A stretch of 64,000 nt of DNA from Deltaproteobacteria bacterium (GTDB lineage Bacteria; Myxococcota_A; UBA796; SXON01), in the NCBI GenBank assembly GCA_947490345.1, contig CANLGL010000005.1, forward strand, positions 50,314-114,313. The letters are read 5' to 3'. Position numbers and translations under genes: made by a program. The notes beneath the pieces are model-generated. The model saw only the letters and a list, made by a program, of their open reading frames with translations. It was not told the origin of the DNA and ran no database searches. Below, one piece after another: positions 48,909-58,932 of this stretch (position 1 is its first letter; each line of letters opens with the position of its first letter).

Positions 48909-49943
48909 GTGGCGGTTACCAGCCTTCGGGCCCGTGGGAGCCCACTCGCGGCGCCATCGTCGCAACTGGCCTGCCTCGACGAACGGGGAGCGGACGTGCC
49001 TCCGTTTCACGAGCGCCTCCGGGCCGGCGGGCTGCCGCCGTTGAGCCGCGGCCGGCTGGAAATCCTCCAGGTGCACATCGGCCGGCTCTGCAACATGGTC
49101 TGCCGCCACTGCCACGTCGATGCCGGCCCTGACCAGACCGTCGCCAACATGACACGGGCTACGCTCGAGCTCGTGCTGCGGGCGCTGGATCGCTGCGAGG
49201 CCCATACTGTCGATGTCACGGGGGGGGCGCCGGAGCTCAACCCCCACTTCCGGTGGTTCGTCAAGGCTTGCGCGAGCCGGGGCAAACACGTCATCGATCG
49301 TTGCAACCTGACGGTGCTGTTGGCGCCTCAGTTCGCCGACCTTCCCTCGTTCTTTGCCGAACACGGCGTCGAGGTGGTCGCCTCGCTCCCGCACTGGCGG
49401 CGACCGAACACTGACCGCCAACGGGGCGACGGGACCTTCGACAGGAGCCTCGCCGCGCTGCGGCTGCTCAATGACGCCGGCTACGGAAGGGGCGACCCCC
49501 GCCGACGCCTCACGCTGATGCACAACCCCGTCGGCGCCTTCCTCCCCAGCGCGACCGCCGCGATGGAGCGCGAATGGAAAGCCGGCCTCGCCAGGGAGCA
49601 CGACCTCCGCTTCGACCGCTTGATCACCCTGAACAACATGCCGATCGCCCGCTTCCTCGAAGGCCTGGAAGACGCCGGCCAGACCACCGCCTATCTGCAC
49701 CGCCTGCACGCCGCGTTCAACCCGAGCGCCGTGAACGGGCTGATGTGCCGGAACACCCTCTCGATTGGATGGGACGGGACGCTCTACGACTGCGACTTCA
49801 ACAACGTCCTCGCCCTGCCCGTCAACGGGGGGCGAACCATCGCCGACTTCGACCCAGAGACGCTCGGCGCCATCGTTACGCGGCGGCACTGTTATGGATG
49901 TACGGCCGGGAGCGGATCGAGCTGTGGGGGCGCTACCGCCTGA
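48909..49943 (+). CDS. arsS: radical SAM/Cys-rich protein of the ArsS (arsenosugar biosynthesis) family
   Basis: LQVHIGRLCNMVCRHCHVDAGP (CxxxCxxC), TGGAPELNP, RCNLTVL, NMPIARF, YDCDFNN and the C-terminal HCYGCTAGSGSSCGG. GTG start at 48909, 2 nt after the upstream stop. Confidence 0.85.
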   Translation: MAVTSLRARGSPLAAPSSQLACLDERGADVPPFHERLRAGGLPPLSRGRLEILQVHIGRLCNMVCRHCHVDAGPDQTVANMTRATLELVLRALDRCEAHTVDVTGGAPELNPHFRWFVKACASRGKHVIDRCNLTVLLAPQFADLPSFFAEHGVEVVASLPHWRRPNTDRQRGDGTFDRSLAALRLLNDAGYGRGDPRRRLTLMHNPVGAFLPSATAAMEREWKAGLAREHDLRFDRLITLNNMPIARFLEGLEDAGQTTAYLHRLHAAFNPSAVNGLMCRNTLSIGWDGTLYDCDFNNVLALPVNGGRTIADFDPETLGAIVTRRHCYGCTAGSGSSCGGATA

Positions 49944-49960
49944 TCGAAAGGGGCATCGCC

Positions 49961-50533
49961 CTACGCCAACGCCCCCCGAAAAACGATCAACTCCAACATC
50001 TTGACCGGCGTCAGCGGCCGGTTCTGGCTGGCCGGCACCCTCGCGATCCGACGAACGATGTCCATGCCGTCGACAACCCGGCCGAAAACCCCGTGTTTAC
50101 CGTCCAAGTGTGGGGTCGGGGTCTCGGTGATGAAGAACTGGCAGCCTTGGGTGTGCGGACGACCCTGGTTTGCCATGCTGAGCATGCCCGGTCGGTCGTG
50201 TCGCAGCGCCAGCGCGCCCGGATCGTCGAGCCAGCGATATCCGGCCGTGCCCGCGCCGGTGCCAGTGGGGTCGCCCCCCTGGATCATGAAGTCGGGGATC
50301 ACCCGATGAAAGAGCGTTCCCGGATAGAGCGGCCGCGAGCTCACCACCCCCTTCGGGTCGGTCCACTCCACATTACCGAGCGCCAACGCGATGAAGTTGG
50401 CGACGGTTCGCTGAGCTTCGGTCTCGAAGAGCTCACAACGAAGCTCACCGAGTGTGGTCCGGATCGTCACCTGGAGGGGGCCCTCGCCGGCTACGGAGAC
50501 GGGCGGGGCCGGCGTATCGACAGCATCACTCAT
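49961..50533 (-). CDS. peptidylprolyl isomerase (cyclophilin type)
   Basis: From ATG 50533. FHRVIPDFMIQGGDP, MANQGRPHTQGCQFFIT and HGVFGRVV. Confidence 0.85.
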   Translation of the reverse strand: MSDAVDTPAPPVSVAGEGPLQVTIRTTLGELRCELFETEAQRTVANFIALALGNVEWTDPKGVVSSRPLYPGTLFHRVIPDFMIQGGDPTGTGAGTAGYRWLDDPGALALRHDRPGMLSMANQGRPHTQGCQFFITETPTPHLDGKHGVFGRVVDGMDIVRRIARVPASQNRPLTPVKMLELIVFRGALA

Positions 50534-50611
50534 TCCCGGAACGTAGCGCGCCGGCAAGAAGGCTGTCAGGACGCAACCGGCTCGCGCACGGGCGGGCTAG
50601 CGGGGGCAGAC

Positions 50612-51430
50612 ATGTTGCTCATTGGCTTCTTGGGTTGCGACCCTACCGCCGCCGACCTGCCCTGGCGGGTCACCCCGGTCGTTCTGGGCGAACCCCTCGC
50701 CGACGACAGCGGCTTCGATCCCGCCGATGGCGACGCGCTCGGCGCGGCGTTTCCGCAGCTGATGCCGGGGTGGGGCAGTGCCATGCCGCCGGTGGATGTG
50801 CCGCTCGCCATCTGGGAGATCGCGCTTCACCACCTGGTGGCGGAGGAGGGCGTGTGCCCCTTCCGCACCCTGGACGGCGCCACCAGCACCTACCAATCCG
50901 GCTGCCGCTCCAAACATGGGTACGACTGGGACGGCACCGTCGCGGTTGAAGCGTGGGAGGAGGAAGGCCGCGAGGTGGAGCGCTACGACTTCGACATCCA
51001 GGTCGTCTCCGACGTCGAGTCCCGCCGCTTCGACAGCCTTCTGCTGAGGGGCAGTGTGCTCCACGCGGAAGGCGGCGGCGTCGATCATGCCGATGTCAAC
51101 CTGCAAGCCGAGCTGCTCGGCTACTACGAGGCGCGGAAGCTCCCTGAAGATCCGCGCATTGTGAGCTGGTCGGACTGGCAAGCCAGTGGCAGCGTCGAGC
51201 ACGATGGCGAGGCGATGCTCATCGATCTGGCGGCCGATGTCGGTGGCAGCGGAGGATTTTCCCTCGTCGGCGGGGACCTCGCCGTCGACGACGCGTGCCC
51301 GGTCGAGCCCAGCGGTTCCGCCCAGATGAGCGAGGGGGTGATGGCCAAGTTCGACGGCCCCGCGGGTTGCGACGCGTGTGCGAATATCGAAAGTGACGAC
51401 GGCTCGGTCCAGGCCTGCGCGCCGGGTTAG
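50612..51430 (+). CDS. hypothetical lipoprotein
   Basis: From ATG 50612 the product is MLLIGFLGC, which has a lipobox. Acidic, Cys-containing 272-aa product. Confidence 0.6.
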   Translation: MLLIGFLGCDPTAADLPWRVTPVVLGEPLADDSGFDPADGDALGAAFPQLMPGWGSAMPPVDVPLAIWEIALHHLVAEEGVCPFRTLDGATSTYQSGCRSKHGYDWDGTVAVEAWEEEGREVERYDFDIQVVSDVESRRFDSLLLRGSVLHAEGGGVDHADVNLQAELLGYYEARKLPEDPRIVSWSDWQASGSVEHDGEAMLIDLAADVGGSGGFSLVGGDLAVDDACPVEPSGSAQMSEGVMAKFDGPAGCDACANIESDDGSVQACAPG

Positions 51431-51451
51431 CAGCCGGGCTCAGGAGTTCCC

Positions 51452-51961
51452 ATGGCCAATCCCACCGCGACCTTTGACACCTCGGAAGGCACCTTCGTCG
51501 CCGAAATCTACGTCGACCAGATGCCGATCACCGCCGCCAACTTTCTGAGCCTCGCCAAGAGCGGCTTTTACGACGGCCTCCACTTCCACCGGGTCATTCC
51601 CAGCTTCATGCTTCAGTTCGGCTGCAAGCACAGCAAGGACCCCAAGGACTCCCGTGCGGGCACCGGCGAATCGCCGCTCGGCAACTGCAAGGACGAGTTC
51701 ACGGCCAAGCTCAGCAATCTCCCCGGCACGCTGTCGATGGCCAACACCGGCCGCCCAAACTCCGGCGGCTCCCAGTTCTTCGTCAACACGGTGCACAACA
51801 GCTTCCTGGACTGGTTCGACCGCAGCACGCCGAGCCAGCACCCCGTCTTCGGCAAAGTCACCTCCGGCATGGATGTGGTCAGCAAGATCGAAGCCCTCGG
51901 CAGCCGCAGCGGCACGCCATCCAAGGCGATCCGCATGAACAAGGTCACCGTCACCGAGTAG
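51452..51961 (+). CDS. peptidylprolyl isomerase (cyclophilin type, cytoplasmic)
   Basis: [30 protein letters not shown] and PVFGKV. Confidence 0.9.
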   Translation: MANPTATFDTSEGTFVAEIYVDQMPITAANFLSLAKSGFYDGLHFHRVIPSFMLQFGCKHSKDPKDSRAGTGESPLGNCKDEFTAKLSNLPGTLSMANTGRPNSGGSQFFVNTVHNSFLDWFDRSTPSQHPVFGKVTSGMDVVSKIEALGSRSGTPSKAIRMNKVTVTE

Positions 51962-51970
51962 GGGGTCCTG

Positions 51971-52537
51971 ATGTCGCCCAAAGCGCGTTGGTTCCTGGGC
52001 TTCTCGCTCGGGTTCCTGGCGTTTGACCAGGGGACCAAGGTGCTCACCCGGGTCACGTTGCGTGAGCGGGTGGACGAGTTCGTGATCATCCCCGGATGGT
52101 TCGGGTTCTCGCACGCCGAGAACAAGGGCGCGGCGTTCTCCGCGCTTGCCGACGATCCCAATCGGATGGTGATCTTTCTCAGCTTCACCGCGGTGGCCGT
52201 CGCGGCGATCGGGGCCGCGGCGTGGGTGCTCAACCCCCGCGACCGCTGGCCCGCTGCCGCCCTCGGCGTGCTGTTGTCCGGCGCCGTCGGAAACGGCATC
52301 GATCGCGCCCTGTACGGCCAAGTCACCGACATGATCAAGGTGTCCGTGGGCGCGGGTCCGCTGAAGGACTGGTGCATCGAGCACTACCGCACCAACGTCT
52401 GGCCGATCTTCAACGTGGCCGACAGCGCCATCTGGATCGGGGTGATCGGCTTTCCCTTGGCCTACCTTTTCGTTCGCGACGCCAGCGGCGGCGAGACGAA
52501 GGTGGCAGTGGATGGGTCAGCCCCGTCTTTGGAGTAG
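51971..52537 (+). CDS. lspA: lipoprotein signal peptidase II
   Basis: DQGTK, ENKGAAFS, GNGIDR and FNVADSAI motifs. Confidence 0.9.
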   Translation: MSPKARWFLGFSLGFLAFDQGTKVLTRVTLRERVDEFVIIPGWFGFSHAENKGAAFSALADDPNRMVIFLSFTAVAVAAIGAAAWVLNPRDRWPAAALGVLLSGAVGNGIDRALYGQVTDMIKVSVGAGPLKDWCIEHYRTNVWPIFNVADSAIWIGVIGFPLAYLFVRDASGGETKVAVDGSAPSLE

Positions 52538-52544
52538 GTTGGGC

Positions 52545-53699
52545 CTACCCGTTTGGAACCCACTCGCGCCAGCGCGGGTCGTCCACCAGCGCCGCTAGCT
52601 CGGGCGCGCGGCGCAAGCTCTCGGTGTCTCGCCAGCCGTCGGCCAATGCGCGCTCAACCCAGCGCGCGGCGTCGTCATTCTGGCCCAGGCGACCGTAGGC
52701 TCGGGCAACCACCCCGGAGGCGTGAACGCCCGCTCCGCGAGTGTGGGCGAGGGTGCCAAGCTCCACCGCGCTCCGAGGCACACCCGCGTCGAGGGCGGCG
52801 CTGGCGGCGGCCGCGAGGACCGCCCCTGAAAGCACGACGCCATCAGGTCCCGCAGCGATGGCTGCCAGTCCCGCGAAGCGACGCGCCGCGACGAAGGCCA
52901 TGACCAGGCGCTCCCCGGTGTCGGCGTCTGGCGAGCGGATGAACGCGGACCGGGCGGCCTGCATGGGATCGTCGTCGGGCGTGTGCGTCAGCGCGCCGGT
53001 CGCAGCGCCCTTGGGCGGGGGCCGGCGGAAGGAGACCGCCTGACCGGCAGGACGCGGAGCCGGGCGCGCGGCCAGGGTCGAGGGCAAACGCCGGATCTCC
53101 TGGACAGCCTGGACGATGGAGAAGGCCGAGATGATCGCCCAGAAATACAGTCCAATCGCGAGCGAGGCACCGATGGACATCACCGCAACGACGATGCCGA
53201 GGTACCAGGACCACCGCGGTCGCGTCGGCGCGAAACGCAGGAACAACAGTCGTGAGACGTTTCCCCCGTCCAGCGGCATCATCGGCAGGAGGTTGAGGAT
53301 CCCCCACACGATGGTCACCATGAGCAGGTTGCCCATCAACTGTTGGATTCCCTGAGGCAGCTCCGCCGGGGCCGCGAGCAGCGCCACGAAGACCACCAAG
53401 CCGAGCACAAAGCCGGCGCCCGGTCCCGCCAGCGAGATCAGCACTTCCCGCCAGATGGAGGTTCGCCCGAAGTTGCCTTCGCGCCCGGCGAGCCCGCCGA
53501 AGCCGTGCAGCACGATGTAGGGCTCGAAACCATAGTACTTCATCAAAAGCGCATGCCCCATCTCGTGCACCAGCACGCCGATGAAGACCGCGACCACCCA
53601 CGCCACCATGGACGCGATGTCGCCGCCCTGCAAGCCGATGAGGGCGGTGATGAACAAAAAGCTCGGCTCGATACGAACGGGGATGCCGAACAGGGTCAA
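52545..53699 (-). CDS. site-2 protease family (M50) metalloprotease with C-terminal helical extension
   Basis: HEMGHAL (HExxH) and NLLPMMPLDGG motifs. Multi-TM. Confidence 0.8.
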   Translation of the reverse strand: MTLFGIPVRIEPSFLFITALIGLQGGDIASMVAWVVAVFIGVLVHEMGHALLMKYYGFEPYIVLHGFGGLAGREGNFGRTSIWREVLISLAGPGAGFVLGLVVFVALLAAPAELPQGIQQLMGNLLMVTIVWGILNLLPMMPLDGGNVSRLLFLRFAPTRPRWSWYLGIVVAVMSIGASLAIGLYFWAIISAFSIVQAVQEIRRLPSTLAARPAPRPAGQAVSFRRPPPKGAATGALTHTPDDDPMQAARSAFIRSPDADTGERLVMAFVAARRFAGLAAIAAGPDGVVLSGAVLAAAASAALDAGVPRSAVELGTLAHTRGAGVHASGVVARAYGRLGQNDDAARWVERALADGWRDTESLRRAPELAALVDDPRWREWVPNG

Positions 53700-53742
53700 G
53701 GGCGCTCCAACCGTGGGAAGCTATGCACGACCGGGCGCCGCG

Positions 53743-56607
53743 TCAGCGCTCGTACTCTTCGATGGGCGGACAACTGCAAACCACGTTCTTGTCGCCATAC
53801 ACGTCATTGACCCGACGGATGGGAGGCCAGAACTTGTAGCTGTGCTGATGCCGCGTCGGGAAGGCCGCCACATCCCGCGAGTAAGGATGGGCCCACGTTT
53901 CCGCGGTGATTGACCCTGCGGAGTGCGGTGCGTTTTTGAGCGGGTTGTCCAACCGCGGCCACTCACCGCGCTCGATCATGGCGATCTCTTCGCGGATGGC
54001 GATCATCGCATCGACGAAGCGGTCCAGCTCTTCTTTGGACTCGCTCTCGGTGGGCTCGACCATGAGCGTCCCCACGACGGGGAAGCTGACCGTCGGAGCG
54101 TGGAAGCCGTAGTCCATCAGTCGCTTGGCCACGTCGACCACCTCGACGCCGGAGGTGAGCTTCAGCGGGCGCAGATCCAGGATGCACTCGTGGGCGACCC
54201 GACCGTTTTCGCCAGTGTAGAGCACGGGATAGTGCGGCCCGAGGCGCGTTGCGAGGTAGTTGGCCGACAGAATGGCGGTGCGCGTGGCCTCGGTGAGTCC
54301 GTCGGGACCCATCATCGCGATGTAAGCCCAGCTGATCGGGAGGATGCTGGCCGAACCCCAGGGCGCGGCGCTGACCGCTCCGATGCCCTGCGCGCCGCCC
54401 ATCTTGATGATGGGGTGGCCCGGAAGGAAGGGCGCCAACTGCGGAGCGCAGCAGATCGGCCCCATGCCCGGGCCCCCGCCACCGTGTGGGATGCAGAAGG
54501 TCTTGTGCAAGTTGATGTGGCAGACGTCGGCGCCGAGCTCTCCCGGACGCACCAGCCCGACCTGGGCGTTGAGGTTGGCGCCATCCATGTACACCTGGCC
54601 GCCATTTTCGTGGATGATCGAGCAGATGTCCTTGATCGCCGCCTCGAACACGCCGTGGGTGCTGGGGTAGGTGACCATGAGGCAGGCAAGCTGATCCCGA
54701 TGGGCGACCGCGCGCTCTCTCAGGTCGGCCACATCGATGTTCCCGGAGGTGTCGCACTTGACGATCACCACCTTCATCCCGGCCAGGGTGGCGGTGGCGG
54801 GATTGGTACCGTGTGCGCTCTGGGGGATGAGGCAAACGTTGCGTCCGTGGTCACCGCGGCTGCGGTGGTAGGCGCGGATAACGAGGAGCCCAGCGTACTC
54901 GCCCTGGCTACCGGCGTTGGGCTGGAGTGACGTAGCGGCGAAGCCGGTGATGTCCGCGAGCCACGCTTCGAGATCGGCAAAGATCCGCTGGTAGCCGCCG
55001 GCCTGCTCCACCGGAACGAACGGGTGCATCCCGCCAATCGCCTTCCAGGTGACTGGGATCATCTCGCTGGTGGCGTTGAGCTTCATCGTGCAGCTACCGA
55101 GCGGAATCATCGTGGCAGTCAGCGACAGGTCGCGAGCCTGGAGGCGCCAGATGAAGCGCAGCATCTCCGTTTCGCTGTGGTAGCGGTTGAAGTGGGCGTG
55201 CGTGAGCATCGCTGCCTGACGACGTAGTTCCGGGGGCAGCCGGTCCGGCGCGGCCAACGCACCGACGTCAGTCTCGACTCCGAACGCGGCCAGGATCGAG
55301 GCGACATCGGCCTCAGAGGAGGTCTCGTCGAGCGAGATGCCGATCGCGCCCTGTCCGAGGTCACGGAGGTTGATGCGACGGTCAAGCGCGGCGGCGAGCA
55401 CGCCAGGCGCGCGCGCGCCAGCCTCAACGCACAGGGTATCGAACTGTCCGCCGGCCCGCAGATGCCAGCCAGCCGTTCCCAGGCCGCTGCCGAGCGCGCT
55501 GGTGAGCGCCGTGACCCGACCGGCGATGCGTCGCAGTCCATCCGGACCATGATAGACGGCGTACATCGCCGAGATGATCGCCAGAAGAACTTGAGCGGTG
55601 CAGATGTTGCTGGTCGCCTTCTCGCGCCGAATATGTTGCTCCCGCGTTTGCAGGGTCAACCGCAACGCCGGCTTGCCGTCGGCGTCGATGGTGACGCCGA
55701 TGAGACGGCCGGGCATCGAACGCTTGTGCTCGTCGCGCGTGGCAAAGAACGCGGCGTGGGGGCCCCCGTAGCCCAACGGTACCCCGAAGCGCTGCGACGA
55801 GCCGACGACGATGTCCGCGCCCCAGGTTCCCGGCGGTTCGAGCACGACCAGGGCCAGGATGTCCGCCGCGACCGTGATCATCGCGCCGGCGGCGCGCGCC
55901 CGCTGCACCACCGCGCGGTGGTCGCGAATGATCCCGTCCGTGCCTGGGTACTGCAGGAGCAGCCCGAAAATTGGGGTTGCAAAGTCGAAGGTCGCGGGAT
56001 CCGTGACCAGGACCTCGATGCCGAGCGGCTCGGCGCGGGTGCGGACGACTTGGATGGTCTGCGGGTGGCAGTCGTCGGAGACGAGGAAGGTCCGCGCGTT
56101 TTCGTCGGCGCGACTGCCAAAGCTCATGGTCATGGCCTCGGCGGCAGCGGTCGCCTCGTCGAGCAAGGACGCGTTGGCGATGGGCAGGCCAGTGAGGTCG
56201 GCGATCATCGTCTGAAAAAGCAGCAGCGCCTCCATGCGCCCCTGAGAGATTTCAGCCTGGTAGGGGGTGTACTGCGTGTACCAACCCGGGTTCTCGAGAA
56301 TGTTGCGCAGGATCACCGGCGGGGTGATCGTGTCGCCGTAGCCCATCCCGAGGAAGCTCTTGAAAACCTGATTCTCCTCCGCGTACACCGCTAGTCTGGC
56401 AAGCGCCGCCGCCTCCGAGAGCGCCGGTGGGATCGCCAGCGGCCGGTCGGTGCGAATCTGGGCGGGGACCGTCTCGGCGATGAGCTGATCGACCGAGGAC
56501 ACGCCCACGGCGGCGCACATGGCGGCGAGATCGGCGCCGCGGGGGCCCAGGTGACGGTCGACGAAGCGGTCGAGGGGGGGAAGACGATCACGCAAACGCT
56601 CGGACAC
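53743..56607 (-). CDS. gcvP: glycine dehydrogenase (decarboxylating), single-chain P-protein
   Basis: 954 aa. FLGMGYY-like N-terminal region, [22 protein letters not shown]-Lys region. GTG start with a GAGG RBS. Confidence 0.95.
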   Translation of the reverse strand: MSERLRDRLPPLDRFVDRHLGPRGADLAAMCAAVGVSSVDQLIAETVPAQIRTDRPLAIPPALSEAAALARLAVYAEENQVFKSFLGMGYGDTITPPVILRNILENPGWYTQYTPYQAEISQGRMEALLLFQTMIADLTGLPIANASLLDEATAAAEAMTMSFGSRADENARTFLVSDDCHPQTIQVVRTRAEPLGIEVLVTDPATFDFATPIFGLLLQYPGTDGIIRDHRAVVQRARAAGAMITVAADILALVVLEPPGTWGADIVVGSSQRFGVPLGYGGPHAAFFATRDEHKRSMPGRLIGVTIDADGKPALRLTLQTREQHIRREKATSNICTAQVLLAIISAMYAVYHGPDGLRRIAGRVTALTSALGSGLGTAGWHLRAGGQFDTLCVEAGARAPGVLAAALDRRINLRDLGQGAIGISLDETSSEADVASILAAFGVETDVGALAAPDRLPPELRRQAAMLTHAHFNRYHSETEMLRFIWRLQARDLSLTATMIPLGSCTMKLNATSEMIPVTWKAIGGMHPFVPVEQAGGYQRIFADLEAWLADITGFAATSLQPNAGSQGEYAGLLVIRAYHRSRGDHGRNVCLIPQSAHGTNPATATLAGMKVVIVKCDTSGNIDVADLRERAVAHRDQLACLMVTYPSTHGVFEAAIKDICSIIHENGGQVYMDGANLNAQVGLVRPGELGADVCHINLHKTFCIPHGGGGPGMGPICCAPQLAPFLPGHPIIKMGGAQGIGAVSAAPWGSASILPISWAYIAMMGPDGLTEATRTAILSANYLATRLGPHYPVLYTGENGRVAHECILDLRPLKLTSGVEVVDVAKRLMDYGFHAPTVSFPVVGTLMVEPTESESKEELDRFVDAMIAIREEIAMIERGEWPRLDNPLKNAPHSAGSITAETWAHPYSRDVAAFPTRHQHSYKFWPPIRRVNDVYGDKNVVCSCPPIEEYER

Positions 56608-56690
56608 CGGCTACCTCAGAGGGGCGCCAAGCTATCCCGGGTCGCCACGCCCCGGAAGTCGGATTATCCGCGCGCCCTCGAGACGCCGAA

Positions 56691-58208
56691 ATGCTCCTGC
56701 TCCTCCCCGCCATCGCCCTCGGCGCGCCCCCCTCGCCGGTCGCCCCGGGCCCCCTGCGCCTCCCCTTTGAGGCGGCGGCCGACGAAGCTGGCGTCCCGGT
56801 CGAGCTCCTGTACGCCATCGCGGTCGAGGCTTCGGGCCTGCGCCCCGACCACAAGAGCGCGTGGGGCGGGCGGACGATGTTCGACTTCGTCGAGATCGAC
56901 GAGGCGGGCGGACCCGATTTGGAGCCGGCCAGCGCGCTCTTGAGCCTGGATCCCAACGCGGTGATCGACGATTGGCGGCTCGCGGTGCGGGCCGCTGCGG
57001 CCCTGCTTGCCGACCGCGCCCGCGACCAGAACGGCGGCGTGCTCCCGTCGGAGGCCGAGCTGGACGACTGGCAAGGCGCTGTCGCCGCCTTTTCCGGTCG
57101 CGACGAGCCGATGCTTCAGGGTCTCTATGTGGAGGGTATCTACGCGCTCCTGGCGGCGGGGTTCACGGCAGAAAGTGCCTATGGACCGGTCGCCGTCGCC
57201 CCCCAGGACGTCTCCGTGCCTCGCGCGGCCGCGCCCCCGCCCGACGCGACCGACTACGCCGGCGCCGCGAACTGGGTCCCTGCCTGCGCCGACAACTACA
57301 GCGATTACTCTCGAGGCGGCAGCGACATTGACGTCATCGTGATCCACACGGTGCAGGGCAGCTACTCAGGCTGCGCTTCGTGGTTCGCGAACTGCAGCGC
57401 CGGTGCAAGCGCCCACTACGTCGTGCGCAGCTCGGACGGGCAGGTCACCCAGATGGTGCGGGAGGCCGACGTCGGCTGGCACGCGGGAAACTGGGACATC
57501 AACGAGCGTAGCGTCGGGATCGAACACGAAGGCTATGTCACCGACTGCGGGTACTACACCGAGGCGATGTACCAGGGCTCTGCTGCGTTGACGCTCGATG
57601 TTGCATCGCGACAGGGAGTGCCCCTCGATCGAAGCCACGTCATTGGCCACAACGAGGTACCTGACCCCTACAATCCGGGCAAGTTCGGCGGCTCCGGCAA
57701 CCACACCGACCCGGGTCCGTGTTGGGACTGGGACTACTACATGGGCCTGCTCGGCGACGGCAGCGCCACCACCACCGGAAAAGTGCTCGGGTACGTCCGC
57801 GCGGACGACATCTACAACACCGACGCCAACCTGAGCGGCGCCACCGTCACCGTGCTCGAGACTGGCGCCACGACCGTCGTTGGCGACGATGGGCTCTACC
57901 GATTCGCCGACCTCCCCTTCGGCACCTACACGGTGCGCGCCGGTCTCGACGGCTACGTCAGCGACACCTGCGTCTCCGAGCTTACGGGCGCCGAAGACTG
58001 GTGCAGCATCGCGCTGTCGCCCGGCAGCGACGACACCGGTATCGTAGCCGACTCCGGCACCCCGCCGGGCCACGACGACCCGCGGCGAGTTCCGCGGCCG
58101 GGCACGGCGACGCCATTCGGGGAAATGGCCGGCTGCGCCACCGCAGGCGGCCCGCGGACCCTCGCCCTCGCCGTGGGTCTTTTCCTCGTCGCCCGGCGCC
58201 GGCGGTGA
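56691..58208 (+). CDS. N-acetylmuramoyl-L-alanine amidase (Amidase_2/PGRP type) with CarboxypepD_reg-like domain and MYXO-CTERM-like tail
   Basis: VIHTVQGSY, AHYVV, VGIEHEG and GHNEV...NHTDPGP. LYRFADLPFGTYTV is the CarboxypepD_reg-like segment. The C-terminus is AGCATAGGPRTLALAVGLFLVARRRR. Confidence 0.8.
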   Translation: MLLLLPAIALGAPPSPVAPGPLRLPFEAAADEAGVPVELLYAIAVEASGLRPDHKSAWGGRTMFDFVEIDEAGGPDLEPASALLSLDPNAVIDDWRLAVRAAAALLADRARDQNGGVLPSEAELDDWQGAVAAFSGRDEPMLQGLYVEGIYALLAAGFTAESAYGPVAVAPQDVSVPRAAAPPPDATDYAGAANWVPACADNYSDYSRGGSDIDVIVIHTVQGSYSGCASWFANCSAGASAHYVVRSSDGQVTQMVREADVGWHAGNWDINERSVGIEHEGYVTDCGYYTEAMYQGSAALTLDVASRQGVPLDRSHVIGHNEVPDPYNPGKFGGSGNHTDPGPCWDWDYYMGLLGDGSATTTGKVLGYVRADDIYNTDANLSGATVTVLETGATTVVGDDGLYRFADLPFGTYTVRAGLDGYVSDTCVSELTGAEDWCSIALSPGSDDTGIVADSGTPPGHDDPRRVPRPGTATPFGEMAGCATAGGPRTLALAVGLFLVARRRR

Positions 58209-58720
58209 CGTTCGCCGCCGCTACCGCGCTGTTGCTTGGGGCGTGCGCGCCGAAGCACCCCACGGCGACTCCCCCGCCGGGAACCGCCACCCTGGTCCAG
58301 TTGGACACCGGCGGCGCGCGCTCTGTGGAAAAGGAGGCCATCCTGCGCGCACTGCAGGCCACCGCTGCGCGCCCGTGCTTCGAGACGCTCCTGGCCGCAA
58401 ACCCGCTGGCCTACGGCGAGGTGGTCGTACGCTTCACCGTGGGCCCCGGCGCCGCCGTGACCGAGGCGGCGCCTGCGTTCTCTACCCTCGGCGACGCTGC
58501 GGCGGACCAGTGCGTGGCCGATGCCGTCCGCGCCGTCCCCTTCCCCAACCGCGACACGGCGATCACGGTGCTGTACCCGTTTCTCCTCTTGACCGAGCGC
58601 ACGCCGGCCGAAGTGGCCCGGGCGCTACGTGATCGCTACGGACTTTTGCCCGAAAACGAGAAAGACCCGGGCTCTGAGCCCGGGTCCCCCATCCCGCCGG
58701 GGCTCGTCGTCGTCTGGTGA
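58205..58720 (+). CDS. lipoprotein with AgmX/PglI (TonB_C-like) C-terminal domain
   Basis: The GTG start overlaps the upstream TGA (GTGA). LLLGAC lipobox. CFETLLAANPLAYGEVVVRFTVGPGAAV...QCVADAVRAVPFP. Confidence 0.6.
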   Translation: MTFAAATALLLGACAPKHPTATPPPGTATLVQLDTGGARSVEKEAILRALQATAARPCFETLLAANPLAYGEVVVRFTVGPGAAVTEAAPAFSTLGDAAADQCVADAVRAVPFPNRDTAITVLYPFLLLTERTPAEVARALRDRYGLLPENEKDPGSEPGSPIPPGLVVVW

Positions 58721-58821
58721 GCCCGTTTCCGCTTCGTTCCCCATGCCGCCCGCGGGTCGGCTCCCTGAGCCATGAAACGCGTGGGCGGCTTGGGGGACTG
58801 CGGTGAGGGGGAGAGTCGCCC

Positions 58822-58849
58822 GGCGGGCGGGTTATCCAACCCGCCCGCC
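58822..58849. terminator. perfect 12-bp stem hairpin GGCGGGCGGGTT-ATCC-AACCCGCCCGCC (no U-tract), possible bidirectional terminator
   Basis: Read directly, in a 216-bp spacer between convergent genes. Confidence 0.4.
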
Positions 58850-58898
58850 GCCGCAGGCCGGAAAGCGTAGCTTGGAGGCCGGAGGGTAGGCGACGGTA

Positions 58899-58932
58899 GG
58901 GGGAGAGGGCGGCGAGCCCTTTCCCCCGTTTT
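58899..58932. terminator. hairpin GGGGGAGAGGGC-GGCGA-GCCCTTTCCCCC followed by GTTTT on the plus strand
   Basis: 12-bp stem with one G-U/mismatch. It begins 10 nt after the minus-strand sigma-factor stop. The T-run is on the plus-strand side. Confidence 0.4.

Noticed and set aside
56608-56690. Looked for a glycine riboswitch in front of gcvP.
   Set aside because: The leader is only about 83 nt before the divergent amidase gene. It lacks the conserved GGAGAG...ACCGAAGGGGCAA-type cores.
58850-58880. GCAGGCCGGAAAGCGTAGC resembles the GGAA tetraloop region of SRP (4.5S) RNA.
   Set aside because: The flanks cannot form the conserved helix 8 pairing (UCC-GGAA-GGA) and the AGCA loop context is absent.
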